Shown piece after piece: positions 8,752-16,116 of a stretch of DNA of 32,000 nt (positions are counted from its first letter, which is position 1; each line of letters begins with the position of its first letter). The translations under genes were made by a program, and so were the position numbers. Source of the DNA: an archaeon. GTDB lineage: Archaea > Iainarchaeota > Iainarchaeia > Iainarchaeales > JANQMZ01. A model generated the notes under the pieces. The model was not told the DNA's origin, searched no databases, and saw only the letters and a program-made list of their open reading frames with translations. The stretch lies in assembly GCA_028279805.1 (NCBI GenBank), contig JANQMZ010000007.1, positions 330,001-362,000 of the forward strand, in the 5' to 3' direction.

Positions 8752-9201
8752 ATGGAATGGCTTGGATTAATTTATTTGTTAACAGGGTCAACAGGAATTG
8801 GTTATTATTTTTTTACACTCTTAAATCCCGCAGCAGTTGAACTCGCAGAAGAATTAAAAATAGGCTGGGCAATTGTTCTAGGATTAATTTTTTCTTTTAT
8901 GGTGCTGGGATTAACACTTGCATTGCAGTTTTTTGGAATACATTCACAAATATTGTTTTTTTTAACAGCTGTACCGGTATTTTTAATTTTTTCAATTGCC
9001 GCTTACTGGAACGGCAGAAACATTGAATATGTTCCGATGTTAGAAGAAAAAAAAGAAAAAAAACCTGTTTTGGATGATAAAGAAAAAATTGTTCAAAAAC
9101 TAAAACAGGAAAAAGAAAAAACTGTTAAAAAAGATGATTCAAGCCTTAACGCAATTCTTAAAAATCTTGAAAACCTAAGAAAATCAAAAGAGGAAAAATA
9201 A
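8752..9201 (+). CDS. Small membrane protein with 2-4 TM helices and K/E-rich C-terminal tail, unknown
   Basis: MEWLGLIYLLTGSTGIGYYFFTLLNP...ILGLIFSFMVLGLTLALQFFGIHSQILFFLTAVPVFLIFSIAAYW then a charged coil. Track start is 8743. It ends in a TAATG overlap with the next gene. Confidence 0.7.
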   Translation: MEWLGLIYLLTGSTGIGYYFFTLLNPAAVELAEELKIGWAIVLGLIFSFMVLGLTLALQFFGIHSQILFFLTAVPVFLIFSIAAYWNGRNIEYVPMLEEKKEKKPVLDDKEKIVQKLKQEKEKTVKKDDSSLNAILKNLENLRKSKEEK

Positions 9202-9869
9202 TGGATGAAAAACAAAAAATGTATCCGCGCAGGTTACAAAGATTTTACAGGCGCGGAACAAAACCTGATGAAAAAAAAGCAAAAAAAATAGTAAAACATC
9301 TGGAAAAAAAAGTTCCTCAAAAAAAAGAAAAAGCAAAAAAAATTGCAATGAATGAAATTAAAAAATTCCGGGAACAAAATGAAAGATATCCAAGCGGGGA
9401 TGAAATGATGTTAATTTCTGAAAACATTTATGAACAAATAAAAGATGAACAAATTGAGAACAGAACAAGCAGTGAAACCGAAGCAGAACAGGTTGCAGAA
9501 CAATTGGAAGAAACAGGAATTGCAAAAGCAGTTTCAAAACAAAAACCAAGAGAATATTTAAGATTTAGTGAACGGCAGCAGCCAAAAGAAGAAAAAATTC
9601 CCGGATTGGAGAAAAAAAAAGAAGAAATTAAACCGTTGAAAGAAACAACACAAGAGACAAAAGAATTGGAATCAGAGCCAATTCCCGATGTTAAATCATT
9701 ATTAAAAGAAAAACCAGAAGAAAAAAAAACAGAGGAAATGGATGTAAAAAATTTGTTAAAAGAAAGCCAAACACAAAAAGAATCATCAATATCAGAATTA
9801 GAGGATAGCTTAAAGGAACTGGAAGGAATGGGTAAAAAGAAAAAAAAAGAAAAAACTAGTTCAGAGTAA
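9201..9869 (+). CDS. Highly charged K/E-rich protein, unknown
   Basis: TAATG coupling to the upstream ORF. It has an N-terminal basic segment (YPRRLQRFYRRGTKPDEKKAKKIVKHLEKK) and a putative helical unit (YPSGDEMMLISENIYEQIKDEQIENR). Confidence 0.7.
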   Translation: MDEKQKMYPRRLQRFYRRGTKPDEKKAKKIVKHLEKKVPQKKEKAKKIAMNEIKKFREQNERYPSGDEMMLISENIYEQIKDEQIENRTSSETEAEQVAEQLEETGIAKAVSKQKPREYLRFSERQQPKEEKIPGLEKKKEEIKPLKETTQETKELESEPIPDVKSLLKEKPEEKKTEEMDVKNLLKESQTQKESSISELEDSLKELEGMGKKKKKEKTSSE

Positions 9870-10602
9870 GATTTTGAAGTTCAGGACAGTTTAAATTGGA
9901 TGCCTGTAAAGCCTCTTTAATATCAGTTGAAGGCCACATTAAAAGGCTTGATAAAGCCCGAACATTTCTGGGATTTTTTGGATCAGTGTAATCAGGCAAA
10001 AAAACACTTAACTCGGGGGCCCTGGAAACCTCACCCACATGCCTTACAAAATTAACACGGATTGAATCAAGAGATTCATTTGAAGTGCAAAAAGAACCAA
10101 TGCGTAAAATATTCCGCCCACCGGGACTATCTTCATCTTCAACCGATAAGCCGGAGTAAAGAAAAATTATGACAAATTCTTCCAGCAATCTTTCATCTTC
10201 TTCAGATTTTTTCAAAGAATAAATATAGTAAAGGTAATCAAAATTTCTTTGAAAAGGAGACATAACCGTTTCAATATTGTTTTTAAGGCTTGTTTTTGTT
10301 GAATCCTTTAACCTTGAACCGTTTTTTTCAATTATAGCATAATCCTCCTTTAAAACAGCTAACAAATAATCAATTTCCTCTGATTCATTTAAAGACAAAT
10401 TGTCTCTTGCCGTAGAAGAATATAAAATTGTTTTTAGTGCGGATGTGGCAAACTCTGTGTTATACTGTTTAACAGTCTGAGTGGTTACAAGGGAACCATA
10501 ATTTGCAGTGTAAAAAAACATTAAAGTTGCCAGGCCTGAAATAATTATTAAAAAATACATTGCATCCGTTACAGATGCCTGACCTTTCCTGTTTAAAGCC
10601 AT
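9856..10602 (-). CDS. Class III signal peptide pilin-like protein
   Basis: N-terminus MALNRKGQASVTDAMYFLIIISGLATLMFFYTANYG: a basic stretch, KG|Q motif and hydrophobic helix. It overlaps the adjacent genes by a few nt. Confidence 0.72.
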   Translation of the reverse strand: MALNRKGQASVTDAMYFLIIISGLATLMFFYTANYGSLVTTQTVKQYNTEFATSALKTILYSSTARDNLSLNESEEIDYLLAVLKEDYAIIEKNGSRLKDSTKTSLKNNIETVMSPFQRNFDYLYYIYSLKKSEEDERLLEEFVIIFLYSGLSVEDEDSPGGRNILRIGSFCTSNESLDSIRVNFVRHVGEVSRAPELSVFLPDYTDPKNPRNVRALSSLLMWPSTDIKEALQASNLNCPELQNLTLN

Positions 10603-11225
10603 GCAACCACCACCAGCAAAACAGGGCGAACAGCAAAACCTGTTTTGGTGCAGCCGGTTAAGCCATGCGGGTTTTCAATAACACCACATTTTAATTTGTC
10701 TTCAAAAGCAATCGGAAAAAATCTTACAAACAACGAATCTTCACTTGAAACAATATCCTTTTTTTGTAAAATTAAATTTTCTTCATCCGGAATATTTGAA
10801 CATTTAAATTTTTTAAGTTCATTTGAAGAATCAGCTCTTTCAAGAACTGAAATTGTTTCTGTTTTTCCGTCCGAAACAAGAATTTGAGTTTCATCTTTGT
10901 TTACAAGTTCTTTTGGATTAAAATTAAAATTTTGAGAGCCTATTTTTAAAGGAATGATAAAAGCTTTGAATGAAATTCCGGAAACAGTTACCTGGTTACA
11001 GGCTGTTTCAAACTCTGAAAAATCACGCAAATAAGAATCTCCTTTTAACACATTTGCAAGCCTTAAAACATCGGTGTTATTGGAAAAAGTTGCAGCTCCT
11101 TTTTGATAAACATTAAACGTGGAAGTAAAGGTTGAAAAAAAAATAACCAGAGCAAAAAGCAGCGGAATTAAACTGGGCAAATCGTCTCCAATAGGCCCCA
11201 GAAAACCTTTTTTGTTAAAATTCAT
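10593..11225 (-). CDS. Membrane-anchored pilin-like protein, atypical class III-like N-terminus
   Basis: MNFNKKGFLGPIGDDLPSLIPLLFALVIFFSTFTSTFNVYQKG, with a Cys-containing extracytoplasmic region and a C-terminal hydrophobic tail (FAVRPVLLVVVAWL). Confidence 0.6.
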   Translation of the reverse strand: MNFNKKGFLGPIGDDLPSLIPLLFALVIFFSTFTSTFNVYQKGAATFSNNTDVLRLANVLKGDSYLRDFSEFETACNQVTVSGISFKAFIIPLKIGSQNFNFNPKELVNKDETQILVSDGKTETISVLERADSSNELKKFKCSNIPDEENLILQKKDIVSSEDSLFVRFFPIAFEDKLKCGVIENPHGLTGCTKTGFAVRPVLLVVVAWL

Positions 11226-11872
11226 TAATTTGCCTCCGTAAACACATCTGAAACAGTTCCCGATTTTTTAAAACATGAAGAATTTTCAAGTTCCCTGTCG
11301 GTTAAAACACTTGTAGCCAAAGCACTTCTTGCAACATCACATTGTTCGCTGTTGCACGGAACAATGTAAAAATTTTTTTCCCCTTCAAAATTTTCTTTAA
11401 CCAAAAACAAGGCATTTGTAGGGGGAAAAGCCTGAGGGTCAACATTTGTTTTTTCTTCAGCTGAAGAAATGCCCAAACTTGTTTCAGAATCAGCTTTGAA
11501 TAATTTTATGTTTGCATTTGTGCCAAGCCTGCCTGAAGCAATTGTTTTTTCAGGTTCATTTCTTTTTGAAATTGCCAAAACAATAAAATTTTGATTTTCA
11601 GTTTGTTCAATTTTTCTTATAGTCAGAATGTAAAACAATCTTTTGCCTCCGAAAAAAGACAAATTGTCGGGAACTGTTGTTGTGTTTTCACTGCATAAAC
11701 TCGGAGAATTTAAATGCAAAGAAAACTCGTTTTTTAATTCATCAATTAAATTGTCAGCTTCTCTTTCAGATAAAATGTCCTGAAAGCCAAAAGTAAAAAA
11801 AGCCAGGATTGAAAAAAGGGCAACAGCCAAAATTAGCAAATTAATTTTGCTTAAAGTAAAACCTGCAATCAT
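11225..11872 (-). CDS. N-terminally anchored extracytoplasmic protein of the pilus locus, unknown
   Basis: MIAGFTLSKINLLILAVALFSILAFFTFGFQDILSEREADNLIDEL. One-nucleotide overlap with the neighbour indicates an operon. Confidence 0.6.
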   Translation of the reverse strand: MIAGFTLSKINLLILAVALFSILAFFTFGFQDILSEREADNLIDELKNEFSLHLNSPSLCSENTTTVPDNLSFFGGKRLFYILTIRKIEQTENQNFIVLAISKRNEPEKTIASGRLGTNANIKLFKADSETSLGISSAEEKTNVDPQAFPPTNALFLVKENFEGEKNFYIVPCNSEQCDVARSALATSVLTDRELENSSCFKKSGTVSDVFTEAN

Positions 11873-11884
11873 TTCAATTCACCT

Positions 11885-12418
11885 TTAACCTCTTTTGCAC
11901 ATTAAAACTTTTGGAAAAGACTGGGTTGTTGTAATATTTGACAACTGGTAAAATCCTTCTCTTACCTGCCCCTCATCATAAGGATTAACTTTTTCAAAAC
12001 CCTGAACACATTCAGCCCCGGAATCTGTTCTCTCAAAATTTGTCAGATAAGCAATGTTTACACATTTTCTGTCAGAATAACTCGGGCTTTCCGATTCAAA
12101 TTCCAAAAAAACACATAATTCTTTGGCTCCTTTGCAAATTCTTGAACACAAAGAAGTGTTGGCAACCTGTCTTAATTGAACTTCATAATTCTGAAAACAA
12201 CCTTCAAAAATAAAATCAATCTGAGGAGAAGCATTTAATCCGACTGTTTGTTCCAAGCCTGTTCTAAGTTCTTCAAGTTTTTTATCAGCTTTTGCAATAC
12301 ATTGCTGTTTTTCAAGTTCCTGCATTGCCTGCAATCCAAAAAAAATAACAAAACCCATTATTATTACTGCCACGAGTAATTCAAAAGGAGCTGACTCCTG
12401 TCCAGAACGGTTGAACAT
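11885..12418 (-). CDS. Class III signal peptide pilin-like protein
   Basis: Preferred start at 12418 gives MFNRSGQESAPFELLVAVIIMGFVIFFGLQAMQELEKQQCIAKADKK. The track start at 12463 adds 15 residues overlapping the upstream gene. Confidence 0.7.
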   Translation of the reverse strand: MFNRSGQESAPFELLVAVIIMGFVIFFGLQAMQELEKQQCIAKADKKLEELRTGLEQTVGLNASPQIDFIFEGCFQNYEVQLRQVANTSLCSRICKGAKELCVFLEFESESPSYSDRKCVNIAYLTNFERTDSGAECVQGFEKVNPYDEGQVREGFYQLSNITTTQSFPKVLMCKRG

Positions 12419-12434
12419 GCAAAACAACCTTTTT

Positions 12435-12623
12435 TTAGTTTCCCGGATTTGAAACCTGTTCATTAAAAGTTTCTCTAACCTGCTGGCTTTGCTGAAACAT
12501 TGGCTTAATTACAGTAATAAGAATTAAAACAGCAATTGCCACTACCAAAATTAAATAAACAGAAGACCAGCTGCCCTGTGCTTTTTCTTCCTTAACAAAC
12601 TCTTTCAAATCCATCCAGTTCAT
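12435..12623 (-). CDS. Very small (62 aa) single-TM protein of the pilus locus, pilin-like
   Basis: MNWMDLKEFVKEEKAQGSWSSVYLILVVAIAVLILITVIKPMFQQSQQVRETFNEQ. One TM then a helical segment, as in short type IV pilins, though without a canonical KGQ. Confidence 0.55.
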   Translation of the reverse strand: MNWMDLKEFVKEEKAQGSWSSVYLILVVAIAVLILITVIKPMFQQSQQVRETFNEQVSNPGN

Positions 12624-12648
12624 AACCCATAATTAGAATAAAAGTGCT

Positions 12649-12656
12649 ATTTAATG
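12649..12656 (-). promoter_or_regulatory. Candidate TATA box (reverse complement ATTAAATA) for 12435..12623
   Basis: AT-rich TATA-like element ~26-28 nt upstream of the 12623 start on the minus strand, directly downstream of a probable terminator. Confidence 0.4.
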
Positions 12657-12660
12657 GTTA

Positions 12661-12748
12661 CGAGAAAGAAAAAAAACAAAATTAAACTGCGAGCGCCAGC
12701 GAGCTAATGCCATTGTAAAATGGCATGTTCATAGCCGGAACACCGGCT
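12661..12748 (-). terminator. Tandem hairpins followed by U-rich tract
   Basis: AGCCGG-AACA-CCGGCT (12733-12748) and ATGCCATT-GTAA-AATGGCAT (12707-12726). These are followed on the minus strand by GCTCGCTGGCGCTCGC and then TTTAATTTTGTTTTTTTTCTTTCT. Confidence 0.55.
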
Positions 12749-13299
12749 TAAGCGTTTCTCAGGAAAACTCCGCAAACGGTTGTAGATGAATCAATATCCC
12801 CTTCATCAAAAACCGTGCCACATTCATTTGCCCATTCTTCTTCCAAAAAAGGAACTCCGCCAAAAACTTCCGGAGAAAACTGTGCTCTTTCATCACATAA
12901 AACAGTCATTTTAACCGAACGAGCATTACTGCTGTTATAAAAAATTGATTTTCCCAAAACACCTGAAAGAATTGTTTGATCTTCAAATAAATCCTTTAAA
13001 TCTCCCGGATGAACACAAATTTGTTCAAATCCAAGCCCGGCTGAAGATGAGTTTGCCAAAGCGGTTTGAGAAATTGAATCATCCCTGTTAAACTGAACAG
13101 CTGAATCAGTTGTTTTGGGAGAACCAGGTTTGTGCACCTGGCTTGTTATTAATTCAGCTGCTTTATCATCCGGGTTTCCCTGCCCCGGCAACTGAATTAA
13201 TCCTAAAATGTTGAATAAAATTGTTAAAATTGCAATTGCAACAATTGCTGAAATTAATAATCGAAAAGTTGCAAAAGCCTGTCCTTTTTGGTTTAACAT
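12748..13299 (-). CDS. Class III signal peptide pilin-like protein
   Basis: MLNQKGQAFATFRLLISAIVAIAILTILFNILGLIQ with the canonical QKG|Q. SD GGTGG lies upstream of the 13299 start. Confidence 0.8.
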   Translation of the reverse strand: MLNQKGQAFATFRLLISAIVAIAILTILFNILGLIQLPGQGNPDDKAAELITSQVHKPGSPKTTDSAVQFNRDDSISQTALANSSSAGLGFEQICVHPGDLKDLFEDQTILSGVLGKSIFYNSSNARSVKMTVLCDERAQFSPEVFGGVPFLEEEWANECGTVFDEGDIDSSTTVCGVFLRNA

Positions 13300-13337
13300 T
13301 AATCCACCTGTTTTGACAATTTAAAAGGAAAAACTAC

Positions 13338-13345
13338 TATTTAAA
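13338..13345 (-). promoter_or_regulatory. Candidate TATA box (TTTAAATA on minus strand) for 12748..13299
   Basis: TTTAAATA about 40 nt upstream of the start on the minus strand, leaving a short leader with an SD. Confidence 0.3.
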
Positions 13346-13347
13346 GC

Positions 13348-13803
13348 TTACTGGCTTGAAGTAATGGGTTTGCCGAATGAAACAATGCATTGTTCCGAGC
13401 AATCCGAATCAGAGGACAAATGGCATAACAGGTAAATGTCTGACAGAATTCTTTTTTTAACTTCAATTCCGTTTGTTTTAACATCAAAATTGGCAATATT
13501 TTCAGATTGAAAAGATAAGCATTCTTTTGAAATTATCGTGTTTTGGGTAAAAAACGCTGTGTTGTAAAAACCTTCTTCCAAAAGCAAGTCATCAATTACA
13601 ATCGGGGAAGAGTTTTCAAAATCTTCAGGTGCCAGATTTTCAATTGCATTATGAAACCCGTCGGTTAACCTTTGCTCGCTTATATCCAAACGCAATTGTT
13701 CAAAATAAGTTATGGCTCCCGTTATTATTCCCAAAATAAATAATGCCATTATTATGCCGATTAAAAGGCGGTAACTTTCAAACTCCTGGCCTTTTTGATT
13801 CAT
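13348..13803 (-). CDS. Class III signal peptide pilin-like protein
   Basis: MNQKGQEFESYRLLIGIIMALFILGIITGAITYFEQLRLDISEQRL. Canonical QKG|QEFESY, with Cys pairs in the C-terminal domain. Confidence 0.8.
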   Translation of the reverse strand: MNQKGQEFESYRLLIGIIMALFILGIITGAITYFEQLRLDISEQRLTDGFHNAIENLAPEDFENSSPIVIDDLLLEEGFYNTAFFTQNTIISKECLSFQSENIANFDVKTNGIEVKKRILSDIYLLCHLSSDSDCSEQCIVSFGKPITSSQ

Positions 13804-16112
13804 CCCAAAAAGCCCCCTACCAAAATGTTTGAAGCAATAACAGCCACAACAAAAGTGATTAAGGCAATGGGAATATTTTTAGCCAGATTTAATTTGAACA
13901 GCAAGTCATTGTCTTCCTCAATGTTTGTTGTAAAATAAGTCATAATAATTACAAGTTCAAAAACATAAAAACCAACAATTAACAAAAACTGCAAAGGAGT
14001 TGTTAATGACTGGAACACTGCAGGATTCAAAATTCCTTCAAAGCCTCCGCCCAACCCGCCAAGGCTTTCTCCGGCTGTATCCAAAGCATTTCCGGATGCA
14101 AAATCTGTTCCTACGACAGAGGCAAGTGTTAAAATTACAATTTTTTGCAAAGCAGTTGTAATGCCCAAAACAGCAGGAGCAATAAAAATTGACATTGATT
14201 TCATCATGCTATTAACATCTGAAACCAAAATTCGCAAAGTTTCATTAACTTTTTGGGAATTTTCAAGCTGCAAAGACAAAGACATGACAGTTCTTGCCGC
14301 AACATTTACTCCAAGGCCGACAGAGTCAACCAATATTTTCATTCCGGAACGAATTATTTTGCTTGGCACATTAACCAATGCACCATAACGTGTGTCAAAA
14401 ATAGCTGTTTCAAAAGGCATTCCCATTAAAGCAATGTTATCCGAAATTTTTGCAAAAACTTTTTTTGAAATATTTAAATTAGGCAAAAAAGTCTGGGCAC
14501 GTTTTAATGCATCTTCAATCGGCTTGTTTTCACCCATGCGCGACGCAATAATATACAAAGAATCCTGAAATTCTTCCTCCAATTCAATTATTTCAAGTTG
14601 TTTTTTTCTTTTATAAATGTTTGAAAAATGCAAAAACAAAAAAGCCAGAACTGAAAAAGTTATAAGCAGGCCGAAAATAAAATTGTAAGGAGTTGTATCA
14701 TTCTGGTTCTGGAAAAAAAACTCTGATTTTTTTCTGTCCAGTTCCTGCTGAATTTCAGCATCATTCGCACCCGGATTAAATGCTTTTATTTCATTCCAGA
14801 CAGGGCCATTCCTGAAAAACTGGTCAGGCGGCAGGCCGGCTGTTTGAAGAACCTGTGCTTCTGATTTGTCAGGAGGCAAAAGATAAACAGGGTTTAAATC
14901 AGGCTCAGGATTCAAAAAAGTGGGAGGAAAGCCCTGAGAGGAAACAAAAAAAGATGCTCCCACCCCGACTATTAAAACAAACAATAACAAAAAACGCAAA
15001 TCCATTTTTCTTTTGCCTGTTGAAATTTTCCACTTGCCCGGCAAACCCGGAAACTTGTTTGAAATTTCAGGAGACTCATAAGTAGGAGGCCTTGATTTAA
15101 TTGTATGGCGGGCATACAAAAAAGCGGTTACAGGAATAATGATGTTGTATAATAAAATTAAAATTTCAGGACGAGCCAAAGCTTGTCCGGTGAAAGCAGA
15201 GCCAACAGGCAAAATAATAATTAAAATTAAAGGAAGCAAAACTCCCAAATAAAATAAGGTAATGGAAGGCTGTGACAAGTCACGGGCATATTGTTCCATT
15301 TTTTCTTTTGTTGATTCCAAAACAAATTCCATTGTTTTGTCCAAAACAGCGTAACGTTTTGCTTCAGTGTCCTCAATAACAGAGGAACGAATCATCATTA
15401 AAGCTTCTTTTAATTCTTCAGAATATTTTCCCCATCGGTAAGCTAAATCATCCAACCCCTCTGCCAGCGTGTTATAAACACCTATTTGAACATTCCATAA
15501 CAGCAAATTTAATTCATCTGCAATTCTGCCTCTGCCATGCTTGGCTGAAAATTCAATTGCTTTTTCCAGATTGGGAACAAGCTTTAAAGACATTGTCAGA
15601 TAACCGACAATTTCAGGAACATATGTTAATGCCCTGCGTTGTTCTGCTTTGGCTGCTTCATTCGGATAAGACTGAACAAAGTTTACAGTTACAAACAAAA
15701 CAATTACAGGAACAAAAAAAACATACAAAAAAGCCAAACCGCCTGCAACTGATTCAAAAATTGTAAAAACAGGGCCTGAAAAAGAAAGCAAAACAAGAAT
15801 TAAAGCAAAAACAATTGAAGCAATTGTAACAAGTTTTGCTGCAGCTGAAAACTGCTCCGGTTTCAAATCCCAGCCTAAAAAAGCAACAGCATTTCTTTGC
15901 TCATCCGAAAACTTTGCATTTTTTCCAAGAGCGGGGGAAAGCTTGTGTAAACGTTTGCAAAAATTTACAAAAGCAGGGTCAACTTTTTTTGTTAAGCCTG
16001 ATTCTTCTTCAAAGTCTCCTTCATCGGAAAAAGCAATGCCTTTGTAAATTTCTCCGGGAGAAAGCTTTTTGGGCGTTTTTTCAGCAATTTTTCTTCGGGG
16101 ATTTTTAGCCAT
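13800..16112 (-). CDS. Archaeal pilus/secretion platform protein with two fused T2SF (TadC/FlaJ-like) domains
   Basis: Two T2SF-like repeats, EIVGYLTMSLKLVPNLEKAIEFSAKHGRGRIADELNLLLW... and DSLYIIASRMGENKPIEDALKRAQTFLPNLNISKKVFAKISDNIALMG..., each followed by TM helices. Next to the secretion ATPase. ATGA overlap with the next gene. Confidence 0.88.
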   Translation of the reverse strand: MAKNPRRKIAEKTPKKLSPGEIYKGIAFSDEGDFEEESGLTKKVDPAFVNFCKRLHKLSPALGKNAKFSDEQRNAVAFLGWDLKPEQFSAAAKLVTIASIVFALILVLLSFSGPVFTIFESVAGGLAFLYVFFVPVIVLFVTVNFVQSYPNEAAKAEQRRALTYVPEIVGYLTMSLKLVPNLEKAIEFSAKHGRGRIADELNLLLWNVQIGVYNTLAEGLDDLAYRWGKYSEELKEALMMIRSSVIEDTEAKRYAVLDKTMEFVLESTKEKMEQYARDLSQPSITLFYLGVLLPLILIIILPVGSAFTGQALARPEILILLYNIIIPVTAFLYARHTIKSRPPTYESPEISNKFPGLPGKWKISTGKRKMDLRFLLLFVLIVGVGASFFVSSQGFPPTFLNPEPDLNPVYLLPPDKSEAQVLQTAGLPPDQFFRNGPVWNEIKAFNPGANDAEIQQELDRKKSEFFFQNQNDTTPYNFIFGLLITFSVLAFLFLHFSNIYKRKKQLEIIELEEEFQDSLYIIASRMGENKPIEDALKRAQTFLPNLNISKKVFAKISDNIALMGMPFETAIFDTRYGALVNVPSKIIRSGMKILVDSVGLGVNVAARTVMSLSLQLENSQKVNETLRILVSDVNSMMKSMSIFIAPAVLGITTALQKIVILTLASVVGTDFASGNALDTAGESLGGLGGGFEGILNPAVFQSLTTPLQFLLIVGFYVFELVIIMTYFTTNIEEDNDLLFKLNLAKNIPIALITFVVAVIASNILVGGFLG

Positions 16113-16116
16113 AAAA

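Noticed and set aside
9600-9860. A/G-rich homopolymer-like stretch as a possible simple repeat or slippage locus
   Set aside because: It is explained by Lys/Glu codons of the charged protein, and no regular unit length was found.
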